DNA from: Mytilus edulis
Lineage: Eukaryota
DNA length: 64,000 nucleotides
Direction: 5' to 3'
Assembly: GCF_963676685.1 (NCBI RefSeq)
Contig: NC_092344.1
Location: 33,852,001 to 33,916,000 of the forward strand
Shown here in pieces: positions 12,782 through 26,200 of the stretch. Under the pieces are notes generated by a model. The model was given only the letters and a program-made list of their open reading frames with translations. It did not search any database and was not told where the DNA came from. The stretch's first letter is position 1. Every line of letters begins with the position of its first letter. The translations under genes and the position numbers were made by a program.

Positions 12782-14255
12782 GTAAGTAAAACTTTATATT
12801 AATTCTAAATGCATTACAATAAATCATATCACATGTGTTTTGTAATTTTTCGAATTTCGCTAACTGAAGTTACTATCAAAAATTTATAAAAAGTGCATAC
12901 TTATGTTTGCACTTTTGCTAATAAATCATTTATCAAAAGAAAAACAATTTCTGAATGCAGATTAAAATAAAATGAGAAAAAAGATGACTCTTATTTGTGT
13001 TTATAAACTATAACTATTTAATCATTTATTTTTACCATAATATCTTTTACGACAGATACATTTTTAAAAAGATTTGAATTCCCAAAATATATAATTTTAT
13101 ATCACATACACCACACCGCGCGTTTTTCGCACGCTTTCACTTGTGCACTAAATGTACATTGATGTAGATAAGGATAAGTGGACCAACAAATAGTAATGAG
13201 CCACTTGACAAGATACGCCCGTGTCTTATTAGTGAAAGGAAATCAGTTATCATAATCATGACAATCAGATAAGTTTATTCATTGTACAAATGTATAACAT
13301 TAAAGCAGATATTGGCCTATACTTATGCTGATGGTGGAACAGACCAAAAATGAAAATAATAGAAAAAAAGAACCAAAAAAAAACAGGCACATGGAAAAAA
13401 CATGATAAAAAACAATTAAGCTGGCGTTAGGTGCTCTTGAACAGTGAGCATCACGTGTTAAGTAATACATTTCTGTTAGTTTGGTTTTAATATTTTGTCC
13501 ATATATATAAAAATATATTAGTTTTGATAGCGACACATATATATCCGTAAGGTACCCATTGACGTAGTCAGAAATCTAACAGACACTATTGCAATCGTTC
13601 GAATTGACAAATAACCAGCGAGTCGCAGTGAACTAAATTTCGAGTTGGTTTATTTAAAAAAGAAAATAAATTAACAAGGGGTTAACTTTCAAATGAAATA
13701 TCATACAGAAACAGAAACTGATAAACAAAATATTTTTAAACTAAAAAATATAGGTCGATTTTTATTTACCTAAAAATCAAATAATCTAATTAGTTGCACT
13801 TTAATTTTTTTATTTGTAATACAATAAAGCTACTGTTTACTATAATAAACAGTACATGTTGCTTGTTTTATAGTGTAGACTTATGAGATAACCAGTTCTG
13901 TTGTATATCAGTTATATCGACCACTTGTTCTGAAGCTAGATTTAGTATAAATATTTACAATCATCTTTGACCTCTGTTTATCAGACTTGGAAGTAAAACT
14001 TCTACTCTGATGCAACAACGCACACTGGCCTTGACTACCAGTGAGAAATCTGATGCATTATAGATAAAGCCGTCTTGGAATATTAGTTTTCACATGCAGA
14101 AAATTTTAGAATATATGCACGTGATTGTTGATTTTTAATTTAGTACATCTGTGATTGTTATAAACGATATACTTGTATATAAGTTACAAAATGACACTGA
14201 AAATTATTTATATTTTGTACGTATTCTAGCATCTTGTCAATAAAAAATCAAAATA

Positions 14256-14298
<43 letters not shown>

Positions 14299-17200
14299 AA
14301 TGGTTTGTTTCTTCAGTAGAAAGATCACATTTTCTTAGTGTGTTCATAATGCGTCTTTTAGTTCCTCTTTTTACGCCTATACCAGGAAGCAGACATTATG
14401 GTTTTAAATTGTGTCGACCGTCAGCGTCATTAGATTATTTTATAGAGTAAAGACTGTGTCGCCTATGTCTATGTCACAGTTTTTTTAAAGATATAAATAC
14501 CTCTATTGAAGCTTCACTGAAAGTTACAATAATATTATGGAAGTGATTAAGATACAGTCTAAGATTTTAAGTTTATCAGACATCTATTACTATGTGAAAC
14601 CTACATGAAATGTTAGGAAACTTGAACATAAGCTTCTGCGTTTCACTGATGAATGAATATTTTTTCTTTCAGTTAACATTGTGGAAAGTTGCCCCTTTTT
14701 TTCTATCATACCTAATTCGCTTATATTTATAATTATCGTTCTGTCCTGTGTTAAAATTTGTTTTTATGCATCAAAAGCTTTGTCAAATCTTCAGAAGATA
14801 GAAGCTTAAAATTAAGCTTATTTATTAATAAGAGATAACAAGTTGAGCAAAATTGATAAAATGTAATTTCTTTTTATTTATTTTTTCGGTATTATTGACA
14901 GATAGTTTTTTTTTCATTTTTACTTTTACATACAGCCTGGGTGAATTTGTGTATACATCAAACCTAATTTAATTCCATTCATCAAACATTTGCTCAACCC
15001 TTCATGGAATTTGCAAAAAAATAAAGAGAAGTTCCTTGAAGGATTTGAAGAAAATGTTAGTCTGAGATTATTGTTTTTTTTTTTAACTTACACACGTACG
15101 GGTAAATGAACTCAGTTTTAGCAGTCAATCTTACATTTTAAAACTACAAGCAATATAGTGTATAGTTAATGCAGTGCAGACGAGAAATGAAGCACGGGAT
15201 GTGACTACGACAAATGAAAATAGAGTGGTAATTAGTACAAGTTTCCTCATAGTACATGATGTGTAAAGATTATAACAATAGAATTGCAACTGTTATTTGT
15301 CTGCTCGTCCGAACTCCGAATGTTTTCTGATCTTCATTCTGTTTGTTGTCTCTTTGGCACATTTCCCATTTCCATTCTCAATTTTATTAAAAATCCATAA
15401 GGATAACCCTTCAACTCGTTTGCTTTGCATGACATCACAAACTGGAAAACCATTTTTAATTTAAATGTCTTCAACTGGCATACTGTATATTCTGTATTTT
15501 AGATTTCAAATCAATTTCTGAAATTCTGATATCGAAATTTTCAATTATACAAGTTAAGAAAATAGAAAAGATACTATATAAAAATGAAAAGATGTATTAA
15601 GATTTTCATTGAGGCAACTATCCACCAGAGAGCAAATGACATAGAAGTTTTCAAATATAGGTTACTGGACGGTCACCAACAATAAGCAAAACCCATACCG
15701 CATAGTCAGCTATAATAGGTCCCGAAATGACATAACAATTCAAACGAGGAAACTAACAGTCTGATGTATGTACATGTATCAATGAACGTTCATCGAAATA
15801 AAAGAACTGCTTGCAAACTATATGTTAGAAAACCAGCTGGGAGTTAATAACATAAAACCCAAATGATTATCACCGTCAAGGAAACGAAAGTAGTAAACGA
15901 AAAAGTGAAAAAAAGGTCAATTTGTGATATGAGTACTTTGTCCTATAACAAATAGAGATATTTAATTGCGGAAACGCAACCCTTTTTATACCCCCGATTT
16001 ATCTCATTAATTTATTATGAAGGAGGTCGGTGTCCCCAATATTTGTGAAGCCTATATTTTGGCCGGTTTTATTTAGAATACCTTTGTGTTTTTTTTTCCA
16101 GACAGAATTGAATACAGAAATATGTATTTATTAACTATATTAACTGTGGCTACACTTTATAGGCTATTCGATCCTTATAGCAACGGCAGTAACATTTTAA
16201 ACTCTCAAAATAAAAGAATATTTAAGTTCTACTTCAAAGAAGAAATACGTAACTTAAAAAAATAGAGACCACAAAAAACAAAAAGCATGTGGAGGTATTC
16301 CACGTAAAACCAACAAAAAAGGCTACTTAGTATACAAATATCGGGGACACCGACCTCCTTTATAATTAATGAGATAAATAAGATAATAATAAAATGAAAA
16401 GGGTTGTATTTCCGCAATTTGTATTAGGACAAATGAAATTATGAACATTCAGGTTAAGACGGCACAACTTCTATAACAACAGGCTTATGACTTTCAGTAA
16501 TACAAAATAGATTGATTTCTACCTTTGTCTTTTTGAAAATTCTTTCAGTTCTAAAACTGCGAACGGATTTTTGAAATGCGTGATATTTTTTTTAATGCTG
16601 TAATAAGTTTATAGTTTCTGAAGTTACGTCTCTAAAAACTGCTGAATAAACAAATTTGTAAACGAAAAACAAGTTAAAGAAAGCGGGATATTGCATTATT
16701 TTTGAACATCCTTATTGAGTTTTAATTCATAGGGTAAAAAAAATTGAAATTTAATTCCCGACATGGGCGAACATCATCCCACGTGTCGGGATCAATGTTC
16801 AGTAAGTAAAGCTGAATTAAAAGTTGATTTAATTTGATCTAGTGTTTTCCGCCATTTTAAAACGGTCAAGAGGTTCTCTTGAAACACTTCTGTTTTATCA
16901 AAAGCTACCGTATATTGATGATTATGAAGTAGGTGTGTGTATAATTAATATTTACAGCAACAATGGGTCAAATAGTACTATTGATGTGTCAATCACTAGT
17001 TTGATGCTAGGATCAAATCTTCCCAAGAGTGTCCCGTTTCAACACTTATCCACTGGTTCCAACGATAATATATTACACGTGATATTTCGTAATCTTCACA
17101 TGCTCATTGGAGCCTCTTGAATCCGATTTTACTTTTCTTTTTTTTTAAATTTATTTTTAAATTTGATTTCACCCTCTATTTTGTATACTTGTTTTTAAAA

Positions 17201-20200
17201 CAAACAGAAATAATCAAAGCACTCCATTCTTTGCAGTTCTGCTTATAAAGACGGGATTCTTTCATTTAATCATGGCAACAATTTTATAAACGGTATTATA
17301 TGACACCTATACTGCTTTATTGATATTGTCTTATGAATGAAAATACATGTAACATTGCATAAATTTTGCGTTTCCTTAGCGCTTTTTTTAATAACTTTGA
17401 ATTCATCAATACCGATCAAACCTAAACATTTTCCAGCCAAAAAAATACGACGTAAAACGAGAGGGTCTATATTACTTAAAAAGAGTCTTAAAAGTAATAG
17501 CCTTATTCTTTTTAGGGGAACCTTGTTTCTGGGAGTAGGAAAATTAGTTTCTAAAATATGTCTGAATTTGCGAACACAGATAAGAAATCAATTCCTATAG
17601 GCTGTGAGATCTTTTTCAGTCCAAAATCCTGTTTGCTTTATAAAATTATATGTTTTGTTAAATAAATGATTTGTTACATCTGAATGCCTTCTCCTTCTTG
17701 GGACCTTATTTGAAAATAATACATAGTGTATTGTATGATATATTTATACGTGTTCATTATTGTTTCAAGAAAAAAATGTCTCCGTTTCAAGTAATACTGA
17801 TTCAGCCCTTATCATTTGGCGTGTACATTTTACTACCACAAACGTTTAGTATACAGTATGAAACTACTACTTATAACTTCATTGAGAAATGACGACTTCA
17901 ATGGTAACTGTTTCTCTTTCATCCATGTCTCAATACTTTTTCTTTATATTTTTTTTTTAAATGAGAAACCTTGTTGTATAATTTTGTCCTATCTAGAGGA
18001 CGGAAACAATGCTTTACGAAGTATACTTATTGCGATGAATTTAAACAATGCATTTTATAATTGCGGATGTAGACACAAATGCAATAATGCAACATTAGAA
18101 ATATACTGCATGTGCACACGGAATTTAGTATCAAAGGCTTTAAAGTATATATTTTTTACAAGGATATCGGATACCACAAAAACACTTGTGTATAAAATTA
18201 AACCACTGTTTAAATCAATGACTACAATTTCGCCAATTCGACAAAGAAAGCCTCGCGATATAAGTGACTGTATCGCAAATGCATCCACACGGATTCTATT
18301 TCCATATTGTATTGCAATGGATCCACAAGGCTTCCATTGCTAACTTATTGTGTAAGTGCATCCACACGGCTTCCATTTCCGACGTATATTGCTAATGTAT
18401 CCACATGGTTTCCGTATCAAACTTAGCTAATATTGCAAATTTATCAACACGGCTTACATTTCCGACTTGTATTGCTGATGTATCCGCATGGTCCCGTTTC
18501 TGAATTGTATTGCAAATGCATCCACACTGATTCCGTTTACAACTTCTATTGAAAAAGGCATTCACACAGCTTCTATTTCGAACTATATTCAAAACTGTAT
18601 AAATAAACAAAAAATATGTTTATAAAAAATACTAAATGAACTAAAAGAGATTTCAGTGAGAGAGAATCCCAACGACACAAGAACTAACATTCTATACAAA
18701 TGTATAGCGCTGTGTCGTCCTGATTCAGTAGAAAGGATTTTTTATGATGGTCTTTAACTGACCCCCAGAATGTAGACATACTGGTCAAAACAAACTGAAC
18801 TTGCCACCAGAAAACCTTATTTTTCAGACTGAAGGATGATTAAACAGTTTAATTTTACAGTGTGCTTACTGTTCATCGCGGGAGAAAACAATGATGCATT
18901 TTAAACTTTGAAATGAATCTTTTACATTCTTTGCTGACATAATTATAAGTAATAAAAAAAACTGACATCTCCACATGGCATAATGTTTGTGAATATAACT
19001 TGTATGTTTTACAGATGTACACATGTGATAAAATCATTTATATTCTCATAAAATTTTATAAATTCTACAGTTGAGGAGGAATGCAGGAGACGACTCAAAA
19101 ACTTAGAATTGAATGAAAGTTTTATTTAACCTCGTTTTTTAAATTTACTGGAAATGTTTTAATACGGATTGTATTAGGACTGCTACAAAATTTGTGGATA
19201 TGACACAAATTACTTTCAACTATTTTGATATATTTAGAGATATGAAATAATTTCAATAGGCATTCATAGTTTAGTAAATTTACCAAGGAATTTTATATCA
19301 GATAGTACTTTCAAAGGCTTGTAATGCATACTGTTTTAATTTGGCAAATGCTTTTGAAAAAAATACAAAATGATTATCGTAGACTCTTTACTGTATCGTT
19401 TAATTGCAATTCAGCATCAGTAAAAATTTACACTTTTTTCATGCGTAGGAAACACGAGCAGGGTTCTAATTTGACATCACTTCCAACTTGTCAATCTTTT
19501 AGATAATGGGCGTATGGCGCCACTTTGTCTGTGTTTTGGTAATCATTTACCGACAAAAAATCCTTATATGTTTCTATTTACTTCCGAAGTCAAGTGCTAA
19601 TTACAACTTGTTACTTTGAAAGTTATTGGTAAAACGGCCAATTAAATTACTTGTGAATTAGGAATAAACATTTATGAAAACTTATTAAAGAGTATAAGTA
19701 TGACCTTCAAATTCTATGGAAACACATGGAACTGTGTTTGGTAACTACAGGTAATTGAAGTAGCATAATTCTCTTATTTTTTCAAATAGCAGTTGATATC
19801 AAAATGAGACAAAAAATAAATTGAGATCGTCTGCAGATGATAAAGGCTACGATGACCAAGTGTTCCAACAATCAAACACAATCTCTATATCGACTACACA
19901 GAACGAAATTAAAACGCCATCTCAGCACATTTAAAAAGAGTACCCAATCATCTAATTAACTAAATAAAAGAAATATCTGTCCTTAATAGAAATGACTCCT
20001 GTTTAATTTGATTTAGGAAAGAAAGAGTAACCAGTGATTTCTCGAGTTGTATATTGTCCAGAATAAGCCTGACATATTTGCCACTGGAAGTTTTAGCAAA
20101 CAACAATAAATACGTCGATTTAAGGACATCGAAACGGATATATGAATTGAAAACAAGTAAAGTGACCATGATTATATATGATACATTTTTTCTGAATGTT

Positions 20201-23200
20201 CATTGTAAAAATTACAAGTACGCGATATGCCGAAACACCAATTTCTCCATTATGGCTTTATCGTCCAGTATAATTCGGTGAGTTTTCATACTCGGTTTTT
20301 GTTTACTCTATTAAGTACATCCTTTACAACTATGATAAAATGTCTCTGATATGAAAGAAAATGAAGAAAAAACAACATATATATTGTCTTGCAATAGCTA
20401 GTCTTCTCTTGACATGCACGTCATATTTTTGTAGGCGTTTTCCCTATCATGATCCATCAATTGATAGTCTTATAGAAATTCAAAATTGAAGCCAGAATAA
20501 AATACTCCCTATAAGAATGACAGATAAAAACAAGTTATAAAACGTGGAACACCGAGTTTATCAAATATTTTTCTCACGATTTTGCATTTTAATCACCTAA
20601 GAGTAGAATGAAACATGTTTTCTGGTCGATGCGTCCATCCGTTCCGTAACATATTACAGTTTGGGTTTAAGCATTTTTTATGGAAGTTGTGGTTACATCA
20701 ACTTGGAGAAACTTCTGAGAAAAAATGCCAAATAAGAGTTTTGACCAAAATTTCGTAGTTCACTGAAAATATACACGAGCGTGGAAGCGCTATACATGGT
20801 GTCCTATAGACATATATTCTATTAAAGCTTGGTTTAAAAAAAATATGTACGAGGTTCAGATATTAGTAATAGGTACTAATTTTATAAGCCAGAGAATTGC
20901 CAACAGTATAATGCAACTGTTAAATAGAGCCTATAGAGGGACAAGATGTAACATAGAAATGTAATACAAGTTTGAAAACGAACAATAAAATTTGCAAAAT
21001 GTAAAAAATAAATTCTGATGCAAAAGTTGAACAATATTAATTTAAACCAGAAGGCTCTAAAATATTTTGGCACATGATTAAGATTACGAAAAAGACACCA
21101 GGGCATTAAAATTGCAGACATGCATGAAAATGCCTGTACTGTTGACTTGATTGATGGGTTATATAACATTAATGTTATGATGTTGTGTATTAAATGGAAT
21201 CTGTATGATGTCATTATACAAATAATATTAAATGATAGAGACTGCACATGCTGTTTTTCTTGAAATTCACTAACCGATTATAAACAAGAGAGCACTTGGT
21301 GCTAAACTTGATATCAGTTTTATTTCCTTTCATATTTTAAATATTTACATAGAATAACACAACATTATATTGTATGAAAAGCGTGGATTTTTATCTGAAT
21401 TAATAAAAACCACTAAAGTGACTAGAAAAAATGTTATTATGCTACAATGAAAATATAACAAAACCGTACCGAACTCGGTATCTATTATCTAATTAAGTGT
21501 TTTCACGCAGGAGGTCAGTTTGCTCCTCTAAATTGAGCTTTGTTGGACTATTCTGATTATCGAGTTCCCGCAATTTAGGGAGCATACGATACGTAACACC
21601 TGTTATGAAAAATATAAAGAAGTGTCTGTACAAGTTGTTGTGATACCGATTATGATGTTAGTATCATTTGATCTGTTTTTATCATTTTATATCATTCACA
21701 GTGTTCTATAGAAATTAAACCTACAAAATAAGTTGTTTACACCACAAAAAGGATGTTTTGACGAAATAGATATATTCTTTTTGTTTGAACTTATGAGAGG
21801 GGAAAATTTGGCATCAATCAGTCCCATAATAAAGTAAATGTTCAGGGTTTTTGTGTGCGTTCATCGTGTTCTTAAAGCGAACATGAGAAGTATAGTTTTA
21901 CTATATCAAGTTTTGATTTGGAATATTTAATTATCTACCAGTCAGCAATTTTGGAAAAAATAAAAAAATTGACAAAGTCGGTATACGTTAGTTGCACGCA
22001 AGAGGAACGATAAACAAGCGTTAAACGCGCGTTGCATAAGTTTGAAGTACGTCTAAATATAAAGGTATACGCTTGGTGAACGCTACAACTCGAGGAAATT
22101 TGTATGCAGCATAAAAGTTTTCATCCAGCTCAAGCGTGTGTCTATATAGCGTATAACCGTACGCTACACGCACGTTATACATACGCTAAAAGCGCGTTTA
22201 ACGCGCTACAGATAAGTTTGAGACACGTTTAGGGCACGTTGTATACCCTTCGAGATCGTTCGACTGTAAATAAAACGTATGCGGGTGTGTTTGTAACAAA
22301 CACCCCATAATAGAACGTCCAAGATACGACTGGGACGCGTCTCAAATACGTTCAAGAAACTTTTTTCCTTCGTAGCGTACATTCCATCTACGTTAGACAA
22401 ACGCCAGGTGTACGCAACCATACGTTTCTTGAACGCCCGATAAACGCCGAGGTACGCTTCTCGTACGCCCAATGCACGCTTAAAGCTCGTTGTGCACACG
22501 TTACAGATATGATTGACAGGTTGAATGCAACGTACATGATTTTTAACACGCCCGTCGCACGTCGGAGCTATACGCTGGTGTGTGACGCCGGTATAAATTA
22601 ATCAGTCTTATCTTTAAGGAAGTCTCGGTTTTCCCGCCGCTTTTGAAGTGGTTACCAGTTAGAATCAGGGTTCAATATAAGTAAATAATTGACAAAACTT
22701 AATAAAACATGATAAAAAAATATGTGATAATCTTGTCAACTGAAACCATGTGCCATAATCACTATGCCATAATCATATAGAATGAGTACTTTGCGACATC
22801 CGGGTCTCAGATCAATATATATACAATTTATTCCTTCATTTTGTTGTTGCTTAAGTTACTTTTTTTTCTGTCATGACCGTTTGAAGAGTTTCAGTTACTA
22901 CATGCATCTAGATCCTGTAAATCGTATAGCGCAGAATAAATAAATGTTCCTACTGTGAACTTTTAAAATATAGAAAACTTGAAGTTTATAGTTTTTTCCC
23001 CAAATAAACGCATTTTTGTTCTTTTTTATTTTGTATTAGGCGAATCACTTAAATGCGAGGATCCATGGGTATTACTGCGTCGGAACTGTGTACTGTATGA
23101 GAAGACGAACATGTTACCATGGAAAGAAGCGCAGCAGACCTGTGAAGAATATGGCGGGAATCTTATATCAGTTAACTCCCACAGAGAAAAGGTAAACAGA

Positions 23201-26200
23201 ATATTTAATGGACGTTAAACAAAATTAAAATATTCTCTAACATCTCAGAAATAAGTATACTGTAACTCTTTTTCGGGTTTCTTACAATTTAATGCAAATT
23301 CTCGTTTTATAATACTATTTTTTAAAGATGCAACTCTCCTGTATTGCTGAGACTTCCCTTTTGATACCAACATACTTCATGTGCACTGGAGAGTCCACGC
23401 TTAGAATAAAAAGAGTTGAAATGAAGCATTAATTCACGCCAAATTCATTAGACCATGCAGTAAACTTAGTTGATTAAAATGAAAAGAGATGTTTTGTATA
23501 TGGCAATGAGACAGTTCATGTTACATCATAAGTCTCAGCTGCTAGATTTTTTAAAAGGAGGATAATATTCGAAAATGCGTTTAAATTATATGTACCGTAT
23601 TTTTAATAGCAAGCCCTTCAAAGAGGAATCATGCCAAGAATAAAGAAACCGAACGAATTATATTGGTGGGTAGGTTTATCTCACAACCGAGCTCAGGCAA
23701 GATGGATATGGCAAGATGGCAGCTTTCTTTCACTACGTTCAAGGTATATATCAAGGAGGTAGGTAGGTAGGGCAAGTTCCCCTGTATTTATTTCACGCTG
23801 TAAAAAATCTTCGAATCTTTTCAAAATATAACAGTGTTTTTGTCGTTTTAAGGAGGAAATGGGCTTACCCATGTGACATTTACTTTTTGTGTTTTAAAAC
23901 CCTATAAAAGCTTGGCGAGACAGATCTTCCTGGTCAGCTTTATTTTTATTGATGCATCGTAATGGCTTTCATCATCCCATGAAAAGGTTTCAATCACAAG
24001 TACTAAAATCAGAAAATTAGGAAACTGACTGGAATCAAATGTTAAAGAAACTAATTTAGGTACTTAATTGAATTTGAAATTATTACGTCTTTTATAAAAT
24101 TTCAAGTAACTGATCTCCCTTGTATTAGCCAATCAAAACATGGCATTTTAACGTGGTGTATAATAATACTAAATTAATTATTCCTGTGGTTTGATATCTA
24201 GAAAGAACATGTGGCAATCATTTTTAGTTGTTCCATTATTTAATATGTGACAATAACATTCTACTTACAGCATTGGTTATCATGTGACAATTATAGCCTA
24301 GTTATTCTATTGGTTGATATGTGACAATAACATTCTAGTTACATGTTTACACCATGATCGGTTATCATGTGACTATCATTTTCTACTTGTTTCATTGGTT
24401 AATGTGTGACAGTAACATTCTAGTTAAACCAACGGTTATCATGTGACAATTTAATCTAGTTGTTTCATTGGCTGGCATGTGACAACAAGTAATCTAGTTA
24501 TTTCATTGGTTCAAATGTGACAAATCCAATTTTGATATCTCATTGGTTCACACATAAAGTTGAAATTTCTCCATTGATGTCAGCTACATTGATTTTTGAC
24601 ATAATAAGTTTAACATTATTTTTGAGTTTCTAAGTTTAGCTTATATATATTAAAATGAAAAGATGTTATTTTATATAAAGAACTGAATTCACTATCTGTT
24701 ATGTGTTATAGCCCATGGGCCGCAGGTGAACCAGACAACAGAGGTGGAAACGAATTATGCGCAGACTTTCATTTCTCAGGGAAAATGTTCGACAAAGACT
24801 GCAGTGAACGAAAACCATTCATTTGTCAGAGAATTAAGAGTGAGTAAACTATGTCTATGATAAAGATGTGTTCTTGGTTTTTTTTATTTTTATCTTAACA
24901 TTTCCTGAGTTTGTGAGGAAAGAGGAATCGACTCTAGTAGACACTAACCTATGCTAATAATTTGTCCGACACAGACATATTCCGAAAGAGTGGTATTACG
25001 CCAAATGTCAAGACCTATTTAGAGTATCTACGTTTTTTTCTTTCTGAATTGTCAAGACATGTGTTCTGCACTTTAATCGGGTTGTTGTCTCTTTGACACA
25101 TTCCTAATTTCCATTCTAAATTTGATAAATTAACTTATCATATACTTAGACTAAATAACATATGAATTTTACCGTATGATAATAGCATTAAATTAACGTA
25201 TATTTCATATTTTTTCCAATTAGTGCTTAGCGGGCTGATATGAAAAGTTTATCACATGCTTCGATTGTTATCACATGCCTTTCCGTAACGTTATCACATG
25301 GCATTCCGGTGATACTCGGCAAATTCCGGAAAATACACCTCAATACTACGTTTTCAGTGAAAAACATTACAAAGTAGTGTACAAAACAATTATTTGGATA
25401 CTGGAAAATATATTGTGTAAAAAAATATAAAAAAAAAAAAAAAAAAAAAAAAAAATTATTTAATAAATGCATTTTTTAAAAGTTTCAAACATAATTTAGA
25501 AAGTTATTTTAAAAAAAGTTGACTTTTCCAAACAATGTTCATTATGTATATTGTTGAATTATTTTTTTTATCGATTCGTCCATGTTAAAATGGGTTTTTT
25601 TCTCTGTTGAGGCATATGTTAGAAAGACTCATATACCAAAATTTGGGTCCGACGTCCCTGAACTTTTCACTCTTTGAACTTCTTTTCTAAAAGGATCATT
25701 ATATGAATCTGTTATTTTTCTTTACTGTTGAAGCATATGATAAAAAGATCATAACATGTTATTTCATATCGCATGTATTATCAGCCCTCGGTCAATATCA
25801 GCCCTCGAGCCATGCGGCTCTTGGGCTGATATTGAACCTTGGGCTGATAATACATGCGATATGAAAAATGCCATGTAATAATCTGATAATATTCAACATA
25901 ACTATGTATTTACATTATAAAAAAGTCGTTGTCAGATTCAAAAGAAAAATGATATTAATCAATATCAATTTTTAAATTTATTTTTGTCCGGAAATGATTT
26001 TCGCAGTCGATACGTAATGTCACAGTGTTAAAATGAAAAGGTATTTTAAATGAAACATTTCAAACATATATATTTTCAGTTACACCAGCACCAAGACAGA
26101 CTAAAACGACGACGTCATCAAATGTTTTGTCCTACACCCCAACCTTTGTTTCAACTTTACCTCCAGAAACAACAGTTCCTTTGCAAACATCTGAAATATC

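Noticed and set aside
14239-14297. AATAAA followed by ~40 A as a retrocopy tail
   Set aside because: No recognisable upstream ORF or target-site duplication.
17816-18610. 175-aa ORF and neighbouring ORFs in intron 1
   Set aside because: Non-ATG start, AT-driven composition, runs into a 42-bp tandem repeat; no domain and no need for it in the gene model.
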